Shown here: piece by piece, positions 22,866-36,357 of the stretch
How positions within the stretch are numbered: the first letter of the stretch is position 1
Layout: each line of letters starts with the position of its first letter
Source of the DNA: Phoronis australis
Taxonomy: Eukaryota; Animalia; Phoronida
Assembly: GCA_002633005.1 (NCBI GenBank)
Contig: NMRA01000277.1
Coordinates: 359,363 to 423,362 of the forward strand
Direction: 5' to 3'
Length of the DNA: 64,000 bases
The notes under the pieces: generated by a model
What the model saw: only the letters and a program-made list of their open reading frames with translations
Told to the model about the DNA's origin: nothing
The model's database searches: none
Made by a program: the position numbers and the translations under genes

Positions 22866-25800
22866 ATGGCGGCGCCCTTGTGCACGAAGTTTACATCTGT
22901 TTCGCCTATCAGACTGCGACATTCTTTGAAATCCGCTAATTTACAGAGAACACTGTTGTCTTTCCTAAATAGACCACATGCTAGATGCTTTTCTGATAAC
23001 ACTAATCAAGGTAAGGCACGTCGCTGACGTCGGAGAGTGCCGACTTAGTCCAGCGTGATTTTGAACTCAGAGAGTCGAGATAGATCGGTCTAGCTTGCAT
23101 AAAGGCGAAGGCAACCTTTTTTCATGTCACTTTTAGCAAAAACAAGGTCTATTGATTATCCCAGACATATTTTTTACTTAAAAACAGCTTTTCGTAATTT
23201 AATTAATTTCTCGTCCTCTACTCCGGAAGTGACGTTTTGGGAGGCAAGAATTTCGCGCCAATTTCTTTTCATACAGTCAGACTGTGAGAGCTGTCAAGTC
23301 AGTCATTGTTCTACCTCGGATGTGATAAGTTCGGTCGTCGTTTGCTTTTGTTTACTTGTCAGTCAACACACCACGCTGTTGCTGCGTACCAGGATGTACT
23401 CATTATCGCCTCACACGCGCTTTGGGTACCTTGCATCGCTTTCCGAAGGATGACACACTTCACCGTACTTGGCTAGCCTGTTCGTGTGAAGAACGGAGCG
23501 CTACCCGTTCACGCAACGTAAAAAGCAGTTTCAAGCATTTTCAGCCTCAGATAGCGACAGATATGTACGCTGAATTGATGAAGGTCCCTGCAAAACAATG
23601 CCTGAAGAAGGGTTCAATACCGTCGCTGTTGATTCCTGGCAGTGTCCCATCGCCACTCTCGAGAAGTGCGTTTTTGAAGCGAGAAGCCTCGTGAGCTGTT
23701 TCCACTATAAACAGTGACTGGAGGCACTTCATCTACTGTCACCCATGCCTCTGAACGTACCCCCATAGCGTGCAATTCCAGGAACTAGTAATTCCCCTTG
23801 TGCTGTTGTCCAGAGCTTTAAGCAGCCCTGCAGCAATGTTGAGTACTGGGAGTGAATACAGGCCCAGTTTGACACCCAGTGAAAAGGACAGTTCGTCATC
23901 AAATGAACAGATCGGTGAGCCTAAGTTTGATAAGTTTATTGTGGACTTGTATTGGAGCTATTTAGAAGGTGCCACGTGTGTGACGAGGGAGTCGCACGGC
24001 GGGATGTAAGCAGTTTAGGTACTCAAGTCATCATCCACTGGGAGTGTGTCGCGAGACACTCAGACAAGTGGGACAGTTCTTCCTCAGTACGTGAGACTAT
24101 AATGAGTACATCTGGGTAGGCAGCAACAGCAAGGCGTGTTGACTGACTCGTAAACAAAAGCAATCGACGACCGAAGTTATTACAACCGAGGTAGAACAAT
24201 GACTGACTTAACTGCTCTGACAGTCTGACTTTATGAAAAGAAATTGGCACGAAATTCTTGCCTCCCAAAACGTCACTTCCGTAGTAGACGACAAGTAATT
24301 AATTAAATTACAAAAAGCTGTAAATAAGTGAAAAATATGTCTGGGATAACCCCAACGAACCCTATTTTTGCTAAAAATGACATGAAAAAAGGTTGCTTTC
24401 GCCTTTAACTCTAGGGATACGAATTGAAGACTTCTAGTAATGTCAACTACAGCTAGGTACCACTTCACTGTATTTATATTCGACAGACCTGAAAATCTCG
24501 TACTACGTGGGTAGTACTGCTCATCACCTCGTCGTGAAGCTTATATCAGCATGTTGAGCTAACGCCAGTTTTGTGTTAACTTGGAGTGTATAGTAGAGCA
24601 CTCGGCATTTCCATAAAAACTTGATAAAACCACTGGCACAGCCATTGTGGTTTTCATCTGGGTATTAAGCTTGTGTGGGATCGGCATCTGTCCAGAACTG
24701 TAAGTCAGAATAGTCGCCTTACCTCCACGGTATGAGATTTATATAGCTCAACTACGCATGTTTCTTTGTGTCTGAAATATTTTAGTGGAAAAAGCTGATT
24801 TGCTATACGTGTTTTTAGAATTTAAAAGTGGCAGGGGCTTCAGTGAGGTTTATGATGAAAGCGGCCAAGCCCAGCGAGACATCCTCTACAAAGGCCACAT
24901 CCCTATCACCTCCCTACAGAGAGGGCTGCTTGCTGTCGGTTCAGCAGCTATGGCCCTGTTGAATCCCAGACGTGATGGTAGGTGCTGTCGATATTATTCT
25001 TGTGTCTCATATTTTTCTGCCAATACATTTCCTACATGCTGCCTCGTCTGCACTACAGACATGTCTTGTTGGATATCCACCTATTCTCAAAAGATGAATT
25101 CATCGGAAAACCCTTTCACTCATAGCCTGCAAGGCTACAATCTGTAATTGAAACTACGAAATCTGTCTGAGAGCTGTATGTGTAACAATTACATTGATTT
25201 TTGCCCTATCATAAAAAGCGTGATATGTCTAATTTATTAATTAACTAAAGTAGGTTAACTTAGGAAATTGTCATATAAGGTTGTGAACAGGAAGGCATCA
25301 ACCAATCTGCAATTTTTAGGCAAATATCTCCAAAACTGTAGAATTCAACTCGTTGAAAGTGTGCATTTTCTGAAACGAGAAATCCTGAGGAATTTTTAAT
25401 TTGTACCAATCTGTCATTGACTGCATCGCAAGATTGTGTATTTTAATCAAATTTAGGAAATCAAAAGGCACATTCACGGAAATCATCTGTATCATTCAAT
25501 AACATGACTAGATTCCATTGGATACATGTATATGTTCAACATTTGAATCTTAAAAAACGCTGTGACAATTTTATAAATTATGTTTTTCAATCCTGTGCAA
25601 CTTATGTTTGTTTTAGAAAAGTTATAAAAGACTTATTTTTTCCATTGCCTCTGCAAAAGTTGACCATTTTAAATGCAATTCCTAAAACTTTTCTGGAGAC
25701 CAGTGAAGCAAGGATAGTATCTGAAACTTTCATATGAATCCAGTCTGCTATTTATGAAAGTTGATATTAGCCAAACATAGAATATAACTAGGCTCTTACA

Positions 25801-28800
25801 TAACCTTAAAACATATCTTAAACCATTGTAGATAGATCACAAACATTTTGACTCCGATCTGCATGCCACCTATTGGCCACATTAGGTGACCTAATGAACA
25901 TAGTCCAATTAGGCTTCTGTGTTTGGCTCAGTAGTTAGAGCGTCTGCACGGATAGCAGAATGTCTTGGGCTCAAGTCCTGCTCAGGTGCAGGAATCTGTT
26001 TGGACTTATCTTCATTAGGTCACGTGATGTGGCAATAGGTGGCGTGCAGAACAGCCTTAAAATGTTTGAATGTGTTAGCCTTAAAATATCAAACTTTTTC
26101 AGACATGGTTGCGATCTGCGGTGAGACCACAGCATACTACGCTCTCAAGTACATGGAGAAAAAAATGGAGTCAGATCCTGTTGGACGACAGATATTATTG
26201 TGAGCAGGATACGCTTCATGAGTTTTTGTGTTATAACATGCAAAGAAAACACAATACTCTAATCAAACCATTTATAACATTCTTAAATTTAATTCTTTTG
26301 AAAAGAACAGTTGTTCAATGCAAATATTATAACTTGTCTAGACTGGTTTGATTCTTGCAAGGTTCATTGAAAGACTGAAATTTAATTTCAAATTTAAAAA
26401 CAATAAATCAGCTGTCATGTCCATGAGTTGTGTGAATGAATGTTCAGTGGCCATTTCTGGTCTTATAAAGAGTTGAGGCTCTCTAGAGCATATTTTGTAA
26501 GGGACTTAAGAATGTTCAACTTTGAAGCATTGCATTACTTTTTAAATTCCTATAGTACATGTATAAATTCCAATCTTCATCACAAAGCTACTTTTTATTT
26601 AAGTCACTTCCTGTTATGAAATTGGTCTCAAATGTTTCCTCAGTAAAAGTCGTGGTCATTTCAGGATTATGAAGAAACTGACACAGCAGGCTCTACAAGT
26701 TGGCGTGTCACGGCGTGATATGTTGTTCCCAGAGAATGGTTTCAAAGAATAACAAACTGCTTTTCTTGATTTTCAAACGCTGAAATCACTTTTCTTCTAA
26801 TTATTGTCTAAAAGAAAGGATTGCCGTTTTGGATGTAGCCAGGGTTTATTACCACGTTTAGAGCCAATATGCATGTTATACTGTCTGTAAGTCTTGGTGT
26901 GATGTGGCTGCAATGTTGCCGATAACGCTTTGTTCATTCTTTCAGGGAGCAGCCAAAGATTAACAAGAACACAGTTGATTTAGAAAAGCTAAGAAATTTA
27001 CCTGAACACACGTTTGGTAAAGCATATGTTGAGTGGATGGATGTCAGGGTGAGTGTTGGCAGTGTGTTCTGATGTTACTCAAGACATTCACTTTTTAACT
27101 GTGTAGTCTTATCAGTTCTCGGCTGTACATTCCATAAGAGCCACTACATGTGGTTAGCATGCGCTGATCTGCTGTGTGATCCAGTGGTTATCTGCATGAA
27201 ACAGTCGAAATAGTGCAAGACGAAGGTAATCAGAAAAATTACAGTTTTCCTGTCATGTCAGCTAATTCTGACAACAGCAAAATTTCCAGTAATAACTATT
27301 AGCGTGGCAAGACTCTAAATAAAAAATGACTTGGCCACTATCGGCTCACGTTAATCCCCTTCATTTTCAGTCATCTGACGCTCACATTCTCGTGTGCGAC
27401 TATACACTGTAGTATTGGGGCTTGCACATATTTCAAATTCATTTCTTGGTTTGGTCTGAGATAAGGCAATTCGACACTAAGAAATCTCGGGAGCTATTTC
27501 CAGTGTGTTAAACCATCGCCAGCATGCTAATTTACAATATTTTTCATTTTCCAAGGGTTTCTGACACTGTTGTGAATGCCTATATTTTTTCAGTGCTTAA
27601 TGTGAATTTGGCTAAGCATTTTTAGGACTATCCTTTGTGAAAAGCTGTGAAAATAAAATTTCACCTGTCCGCATTATTGTGTCTTAAATTGGTTGGGGTT
27701 GTCCTGCAAATTGTCTAATAAAGTTTCTATAATTGCCTCTTTGTGTTCTATTATTTTCTATCCCACCAGGGTTTTGACCCGGATGGCCGTCGAGCCGTCC
27801 ACTTCATAGATGAGCCTCAGCTAGCCTATGTCATGCTACGGTATCGGCAGTGTCATGACCTCATACACACGCTTCTTGGAATGAAGCCTGACATGCAGGG
27901 AGAGGTCGCCGTCAAGTGGTTCGAGGCTATACAGACCAGACTCCCTATGTGTGCTGGAGCTGCCATCTTTGGACCCATTCGTTTCGGTCCCAAGTAAGTT
28001 GCCCATGTCAAGATGTGACTCATGCTGGCTCTTGTCTCCAAAGTTGTTTGTAAAGTGCCATAACTCCGTTTGTGATTCAGAAATTGATGATAACTAAAAC
28101 AGTCGATTTGATCAAAGTATTGTATTCCTGCCCTAGGGATGGCCTAACCCTTATTTTAAAGCATAGTTTGGAATATTTTGTTTGTTTTTAGCTTGGTTGA
28201 AGTTTTTTCACTGTGTCACTACCATAGCTTTCTTTAAGTTCTTTCTCCATGTGGTCATTAATAGATATGTGTGGCTCTCGTATAAGTAAATATTAGAACA
28301 ATGAAAATATTCAAATTGTTTTGATGTAATAAAAAATATAAAAAGAAAACTCATGGTGACCACCAAGATAACACCAAAAACACTATTATACTTCTTAAGA
28401 AACCTTTTTCTACGGTGGTCCTTTACAAAAATATAATATACTGACAGCCCTTTTCAAAATTAATTGCTTGTCAAACTTTGACCGAGCTTCATTGCTCAAA
28501 AATGTGACTAAATATCTTACTATCTTGTAGTAAAAAGAATGTCAATTAATTCTGACAAATTTTAGACCAAACCTCTAATCATTTAAAATTGTTTTGGCTT
28601 ATTGTTTACTATAATTCTGATATTAATTTATTTTTAACTCTGACGGAATTGCGATAACTTGTATTTGCTTAATGGCAACTGGGACTCTAATTAATATAAT
28701 CTGATGAAATTTAGGCTGCAATGCCAAGCACTGTTCACGGAATCAAGTCATCAATTCTGCACTCAAACTGGGTCATTGACTCACAATGCCGACCAGTAGA

Positions 28801-29690
28801 TGCTTTACACATGCACTCTCAATTTTTGGAAGGCCTTCTCACAAACGGATTGCGACTGGACAAAGTGTTCTGACTTAAAAACAGCAACTGCAATCTGCCA
28901 GCAGACATATTGCATTGCCGTAGCACCCCCTGTTGTTCAATCTATTTTTACAAGATATTGCTTGTTCAGTGATTATTGCTAAATTGAAAGATTCTTAATT
29001 TGGACCTTGAGAATGTAGTGCTTGGATGGGATATAACAGTGTCATTTGATTCAACTTTGGCACCATAAGGGAATTTTTATATGACGTAAGACTAATAACA
29101 AACTTTGCTTAAACCATTCTGTTTACACTGGGGTCGTGGAAGCGGCTTCGCTCTGCGTTGTTCTTGATAGAGTCATTAAGTCATTGATCACTGTGTCATA
29201 CAGGCTAAAAATTCCCAGAATTCCCTGCCATGAGAATTGAATGAATTGAAAATTGCCCATCTTGTTCACACAGAGAATGCAGGATTCACAGTTGCCTTGG
29301 CTGCAATGTTTCGATTCTTAAATTGGCCCAAATGGAATCCTGATCAAATTTGTTGAGTAATTGTCTGATGTAACGTGCCCGAATTTTGAGACCCAGTTTT
29401 CTCTACCGAATAAGGGGTATCAAACTGGTTCTCGAAATTCAGGCAGGCTATACCCTACTATTGTCATTTGTTGTCTAAACATTCCTGTGCGTTTGTTAAC
29501 TTGAACTTTAACGCTGATTATTTGTTACAGACAGAGACGAAGATACATAGAGAAATATTGGTCTTGGGCTGTTAGGAATGGAATCAATGCCAAGTTTTAT
29601 TTAAATGTTTACTATGAGAAAGAATGGGAAAAACCCCTGGACCAGCTACGGAAGGAAATGAACATTCAGCCGCCGCCTGAAGAGAAGTAA
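22866..29690 (+). CDS. COQ4: Ubiquinone biosynthesis protein COQ4, mitochondrial, 6 exons
   Basis: Exons 22866-23010, 24819-24977, 26103-26199, 26946-27048, 27770-27993, 29531-29690, GT-AG and phase-compatible. Motifs LYKGHIPITSLQRGLLAVGSA, DMVAICGETT, LRNLPEHTFGKAY, RYRQCHDLIHTLLG...GEVAVKWFE (HDxxH-x11-E), NVYYEKEWEKPL; N-terminal presequence MAAPLCTK. Confidence 0.95.
23103..24404. mobile_element. Second Kolobok derivative (same family as 2467-4121) in COQ4 intron 1, THAP-side end present at both termini
   Basis: Same TIR sequence; flanks ATAA (23099-23102) and TTAA (24405-24408); ~300 bp terminal inverted repeats; decayed THAP frame. Confidence 0.85.
23356..23694 (+). pseudogene. Decayed THAP-domain ORF of the Kolobok copy
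   Basis: CCCVPGC...LHRFPKDDTLHRTW...LKKGSIPS homologous to 3319-3858; ATG lost and the CxxH segment deleted/frameshifted. Confidence 0.75.
25840..26068. mobile_element. Foldback/MITE-like element: ~69 bp inverted repeats enclosing a tRNA-like core
   Basis: Left arm 25840-25908 is the imperfect reverse complement of right arm 26000-26068; core tggctcagtagttagagcg-tctgc-acggata-gcaga-atgtcttgggctcaagtcctg. Confidence 0.65.
29371..29450. repeat. 80 bp palindromic mini-element (hairpin)
   Basis: tgcccgaattttgagacccagttt ... aaactggttctcgaaattcaggca imperfect inverted repeat in the last COQ4 intron. Confidence 0.55.
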
Positions 29691-29706
29691 TGTGATTGGT
29701 CAGATG

Positions 29707-29786
29707 TGGTGTGACGTTGGAATGTCTCCTATTCCAGATCTGAGTTGGTGTGACGTTTGAATGTCTCCTATTCCAGATCTGAGTTG
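29707..29786 (+). repeat. 39 bp tandem duplication in COQ4 3' UTR
   Basis: tggtgtgacgtt(g/t)gaatgtctcctattccagatctgagt occurs twice. Confidence 0.85.
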
Positions 29787-32700
29787 TTTTCAAGTTGATT
29801 TACCAATATGGACTATCAAAGCCAGTGTTCCAGGCAATCTTTGGACCAGCTTCAAAGGAAGTTGCGTGGCTTCAAAAAGTTTCTATTGAGGTCATTGGTG
29901 ATGTGATAATTGCCCTGCACCACACAAAAGGAACTTGGATCAACATTCCTGATTCTGTGTGCTGTTGGCGTTTGGAGTGTATAGGATGCATGTATGACAG
30001 GTCGACCGGGCTGCAGTCAGTGATCAAGTACTACAGGTCAGGTATTGTTGGAGACTTTTGATTACGCTGTCACTGACTTGGACAACAAAGGAAAAGTCGA
30101 CGTGTACTTCACAAAACACAGATTATCCTGATCGTGGATTTGTTGAAAACAGCAAGATTCAGGTTATCGACTTTCTTTTTTCAGGTGACTGTGCCATTAC
30201 TTCAAACTTCCAAATAACTGAAAATGAGAATAATATGCTTTGGTGTGGAAATAATTTATTTAACAGGTGCCAAATATATTAGAAAATAAATAATGCTTGG
30301 ACTCTTATGCAGTAAATATGATTATTGTCAAATTGAAAACAACAATTCCGTTTGGAAACTTATCGAAGTAGAAATCAGAAAACTTTCAATCCCAGCTACG
30401 CAAAAGAGGCTGCAAAGAAGGCCCAACCAGATGATATCGTTTTGAAATAGAGAACATTAATGCTGTGACATCCAATGTTGAAAATGAACCGTGGGTGTAA
30501 CTCAAAAAACTTTACAAAAAGAAATTTGTTTTACACATTATTCATAAATGAGGGGGTAGTAAAACATAGTGAGCATAAGGTGAGGTTGGAAAATACTTGC
30601 ACTTTTAAAGTCTGCTGTAGTGTCATAGCAACTGAAAACACATTAACGCCCTGAAAGGTGATGATGAAATCATACGTGAGGTTACAAGCATACAGAAAAT
30701 GAAAATGTATGCAAGTTAATTATTACAAAAATACTCTAGTGTTAATTTTTTAGAAATTTATCTGACAGTCGCTTCGCTGGCGCTAATGGATTAAAAAATC
30801 TGTGCAAGTATAGGGTAATATTAGAAAGAGCATGAACAAATATAAGCGTTTCATGTGGATATCGTTCACCCAAATACGGCAAGATGCCATTGAAACTATT
30901 AGCTCATTTCAAGCACCTGAACCCGTGCTTTTTGTCAATCACGAATTTTGAATTTGCTGTTTTGGTCGCAATGAAATTGGTCTCGATCAGTCTTTAGTGA
31001 AAGTAGGTGTGATTTCTGTGCTTTGAAAGAACGCAGGACCAGTTTGATACTCTCCTAGGAAATAAGTGCCTTCGTTTCTTGTACCAGTTCAGAAAAATTA
31101 GCTCATAAAAGTTCACGGTTCACGTAGCCTGACGTGAATTTGATGACTCTGGGCTACAGAACTGGCTTGGAGAAATAATCGTGGAATGTGGTGACGAGAA
31201 GTGCCCAGTCCCAATGATCACATGATATGGTTTACGCCCGTGTTTGCAGAATCGGTCTTTTTTCTGGCAGATCCTTTACCAAATATAATAACAAGCGTTC
31301 ATGTGACTAGTGTTCATATCGGCTTAAACGATACACTTTCCATCTTAAGGAAGTAAGTTAATTACCTACGAGCGCACATGTAACTTTCCGCACATGTCCA
31401 ACTTACGATTGGAGATGTACCCAGGCAGCAAAAGTATTTGCCCGATCTACCATTCAACTTAAACAATTAGTATAATTCGAAAAATTAAAATAAACGATAA
31501 ATTTGTATTCCGTGTGCCTTACTGTTCCAAGGCAGTGTAAATAATGTTTGTTTTGGCTAAAATGCAAGCTTTTCAGTGTCTCATGCAGCAGATATTTCGT
31601 AACTGGAGATTTTCATCGTGTGAGATCGTATATGCAGTGTATGCGTGTGACTCGAGGATTTTCAGCGCCTTTTATGATGATCGAATCACAAAATTTGGGA
31701 AAGCCTACGGCGTGCTGAGTAACAGCCAATCTGGGATAGAGGGACGTGGGCGCACGTAGACGCAACACTACGACACCTTTCTCTGCTGATTAACATTCCC
31801 CCCCCCCCAATTCTGCAAAAAAATGAAGTCATAGTTCATAAAAAGTGAGCGTACATTCGGAGGGAAAATCCAATCTTAGGCAACACACGTGGTGCTTATC
31901 CATGTTGTACGAAAAAGCGCGCGTTGTATCTGATTTTTTTTCCAAGCTAAGACGAAATGAAATTAAAAAGGTACATTGTATGATAAAGGGTTATGGTCAG
32001 GTTTGCGGCCGAAAAACAATTGTAAGATTGTTGTAAAATGGGGTGGACTTTTTGAAGTTACTAAATGTAGCTTGGCTTGGAGTGGGATTACTGAACAACA
32101 GAATACTCCGTGTCTGTTTTTAGGAATTCATAATAAGTTAATAACCCGCAATTCTCGTCTTATAAAGCCATAAAACTTCGCTTGAAATGTTTTTTTTTTG
32201 TTTTACGCGTGGATTTGACTCAGCGGTACAGCGCATTTGCGATCGCCTGCTACTGCGAAGTTGCTGGGTTTGATTGCCTGCTACTGGTAATGTCAGTATA
32301 ATTACTTTTCGCATCGAGAATATCCCTTTAACTCGCCAAAACTAGGTCGTAATACCAACACCGAAACCTGAAAGTGTCGTGTCAGCCATTATTCTTCAAC
32401 ATAGCTTTGCTGACACTGAGACGCAAAATCGGAAGAACAACCACGTAGATGTAGCACTGAAGCACATTCGCCTCTTCGCCGCCCCAGAATTCACACTGTG
32501 CACTCAGAATCGAAGTTGACACTTGACGTGGGTTTGTTTACCTCTACAACACCAGCGGTGGTAAAAACATGGGCGCATGCGTACTTGTCCTGCTTGGGTT
32601 TTGGGGGTGTGATGCACAAATGGCACAGCTTTGTCTGAATTGCGTCAACATAGGCCCATGTCGAAGTTTCAAAATTGTCCGTTCCTTACTAGGGAAAAAT

Positions 32701-35700
32701 CGTCCACGATTACTTTACATCTGATGTTTAAAGGGCCGGGAGAGGCGAATCAGTGCGGCCTTCCCTACATGTTCACAAGAAGAGCATACTAATTTCACTG
32801 AATGTACCTCAAAAATGCTTCCAAACTTAAGCTACCCGAAATATTTTATGTTCAGTTCAAACTGAAGCTGCTTAGTGCAGTTGAAGTCAGTGTACTGTAC
32901 GACTGTAGTAAAATACCGTGCACAGGAAAACGCCATCTAACGGCACTTATATTGATGAATAATGAACTGAATAAGCGAGAAAAAAAAAACAAAATTTGGG
33001 AAAATTAAGTTATGTTGCTCTTATTTTCTACATGACCACCCAGAAAGAGCCCTCATGGGGACTTTTTCAAACCTTGTCTCTGAAAGAGCCACTCGGGAAT
33101 TTTTCCTCATTTACTCTTCCGGAAATCCCCGGCGGGGTGTTGTTTTCCGAAGTCTACTTATATTAGACTGCGTGTGTTTAGAACTGTCATCGACTCGTTA
33201 CAACAACTCTTTGTGGTTATTTCGACCTTGTCAAATTTTAAAGCTTCAAACTTTTCAATTAAGAACTTGAAACATGATTTTATTTCTAGAAGTCTTTCGT
33301 ACCACCATATCACTGAACTATTTCAACAAGAGTATTACCAGAAATAAAGAAACTGTGTTTTAATGTACTGTCGTGGACAGTAAATGTAGTTTACCGATTG
33401 ACCATTTAAGGCAAAATCGTCAAAACTGCCGAGTTGGGCCCTCAAAGACATCTTAATACACGAAGGTAGAACAACTAAAACAAACAAATTAATACAAACA
33501 CGGTGTTGTAAGTTACGAAATCTTCTTTTTATGAAATCTCAAGTTATGTCTATTGATCAAAGAGATTTTTTATGTTCTTTGTGGTGAAAAGAGGAAGAGT
33601 ATTTAAAGTGTCTCTTAGTAACCGCAATGAGGACTTTTCATGACCCGGCACTAGAGTCGAATTTACGGCCTACGCGACATCGCTCCGGTAGAGGGTGCGG
33701 TTTCAACAGCTGTTGTCTGCGGTACAGAAAATCAATCCTATTTTTTCAAATAGATTATTCATCAAAAGTTGGTGTTGAAGATAAGTATATTCTCGTTGGT
33801 GACGTTTAGAGACTGATTTATACTAATTTCAGTTTCCCTTTAAAGTTACGCAGACTCCTAAGCTGCCAAAGTCGCCAACAAAATTTTTCAATCCTGTCCG
33901 CCCTCGACTGTTTGTCGGCCACAAACTTTCACCTAGCATCTCCTCGGTCGATGCATTTTACTCCTTGACCAAAAGTCTAAACTATTTTCAAATGAATCCT
34001 GTGGCTAGTTTGTGCGAAGCCCTAAGCTGAATCCGGTACTTTAATTTTTCGATAGCACCTACTGTAGGCCTATGTACATGTACATGCAACAATGAAGTTA
34101 AGCCTTTCATAAACGTCGAGTATTAAACTGTTGTTTTAACGATTATTATATCAGGGTTGAGTTTATAAACTAATTGTACGGCATTCAAACGTTTTGACAA
34201 TCTCTCAAACGGAGCTTTCAAGCGTAGGGCTATGTAATTATGTCCTATGAAGCAAAGAAATGAAGACGCTATCCACTATCGCCAGGAGGCGTGTCGTGAT
34301 ACATTTTTAAATACATGTACATGTACACTGTAGCATGGACTTTGCAGCCCATAGCCAATGATGTAATAAGTGTCGATAGAACGACTGGCTTACTTCCGGA
34401 GTGCAGACTCTCGGCGGAGAGAGCGGCTGTCTATAATTCTGAATTTTACGTGCTGAAGAAATCGCTCTACATCATTCTTGTAACGAAATTGTAAAATATT
34501 TATTGGGTTTCGCATCATGCCTATTTTTTCAATTTATGAAAAAACAAATTATGACAACATTCCGGGAACTTCGTCAAGTCTCAGTTATATATACACTGTA
34601 CCATTCGGATTCTAATGAAACCTGCTTACGTACAGTATGCTATTGGCTAAGTAGGAACGCGGTTGCCCTAGACGTTGTTAGAATTTGTTTTTAAAATTGT
34701 TTCACTTTCACACGAAGTGCTGTCAAAATTTTTTGGGTTTTTTACGAGCAGACCACAGATGCAGGAAGACATCTGTGAGTACCCTAAGTACTCTGTGTAG
34801 AATGTGTTCGTGTTGATTTCTTATGGAGGCAAATCTTTTTTTTTTAATTTTACTAAAAATAAACATGGTCACACAATAAATGACGGCCGGACTAAAGTAA
34901 AATTTACAGTTTAATTCAAAACACTTTCTATTTGCAGAAAGCATATATTTTTGCTGAGTTTACAGTTTTGTAGATAATACTTGTAGGTCAAAAGCAAGTG
35001 GACAAACTGTACTTCTTACTGAGTCTTTACCTTCGGGGCATTCCGTTCTACAAAATGGAGAGTTTCGGATGTTTAGATTTTGACTTAAAGTTCGCAACGG
35101 TCACAGAAATAGATCAAGTTAACACTTCTCGGTTTCTGTTGTTTATACATGGAGTGTAGACGCAATGGAGCTAATCACCGATATGTTACTTTTGGCTTCA
35201 GTAACATTCTTATTGCGTCTTACTTTGAAGTTTGAATTTTGACCAGTCGATACAAGGTTCGTCTTAACTTTAACAAGACTATGACCAAGAGATTTGATTG
35301 TAGAATTTTATTAGTTCAATTAGTACGCAGTTTGTTGCTCATAAACGCTTATACTGGTGGGGAAAAATCTTTACAAAAGCGTCGGTTTATAACAGAGTTC
35401 AATATAGATGGCGGCGGAGTTTATATTCATTTATAATTTTTTATTTTTTTTGTGTTTTTACTTTTGGCATTTTGTTTCACTTCTAATGGGAGCTGGGTTC
35501 TAGATATGTGACCTGGCTATAGTTGGCCAGGTCGCTAATGAGAACCTGAAAAAATCCACAACGTTGAAGTCTGGTATCTATCTAAAGAGTGGGGTTTATG
35601 TCGGACTGGCTGCGTATTGAAGTAAATGGACGGGTATGCTGAAGCAAAAGTCACGACTCCTCTCTCAAAAATCAGAGTAGGCCTACCCTCGGGACAACTG

Positions 35701-35739
35701 TACATTCGATTACATATGTAGGCCTACACTGTACGTTGC

Positions 35740-35970
35740 ATTGTTTACGCATACGTGAGTCATAATCAAACTTAGAATTCAAAGATTCTCATTAATCCGT
35801 CTTCATTGAGTCACTGTTTTCTTTAACTTGCGATCGCAATAGCTTCCTGAAGTCATTCGTCGTTTCAAGTATCGCTCATAATCTCTTCCGGGTTACATGA
35901 CGTCAACAGATGCCAGACTATCACTTTGCATTTAGAAACCTAACAGCGGTCGGGGCGTGTGTAAGTGCGA
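35740..35970 (+). promoter_or_regulatory. Candidate proximal promoter of C3 with two AP-1 sites and a CRE
   Basis: TGAGTCA at 35756 and 35807, TGACGTCA at 35898, 450-600 bp upstream of the C3 ATG; motif matches only. Confidence 0.35.
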
Positions 35971-36357
35971 AGTGACGACGGTGCGCTTAAGTTGTTCTAA
36001 AAACAGCAACTGATGTGTGTTTATTTCGAGCGACAAGAGTGTATCATACAAAGGTGCAAAAGCAAATAGCAGTTAAAATGAACAACGATTCTTTAATAGT
36101 TGTGAACCAATAACATTAAATTCTACATTAAACATAGCACAAAAAGTTACATGGATTTATTTAGTCGTAATTTTAACCTTTTAAAAGCTACGCTTTGGAA
36201 ATCATTACAGCTTAGCTCCCCTATACATGGACTTGCCCACGAAGTTCTAAACGTGTTGTTCTTGGAAAATAAACTTTGAGTTGAGATAAAACCCAGCTGG
36301 CCGAAGGCAAAGGGAATATTTAGTGTTTGTAGTCAACAAGTGAAGAAGACGCTTACG

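Noticed and set aside
25909-25999. Functional tRNA gene call for the cloverleaf core (likewise 56189-56264)
   Set aside because: The 25909 core lacks U33 and an intact TTC T-loop; both sit inside repeat structures, so they are treated as tRNA-derived.
29707-29786. CRISPR-like repeat
   Set aside because: Two abutting copies without spacers in a eukaryotic 3' UTR; simple tandem duplication.
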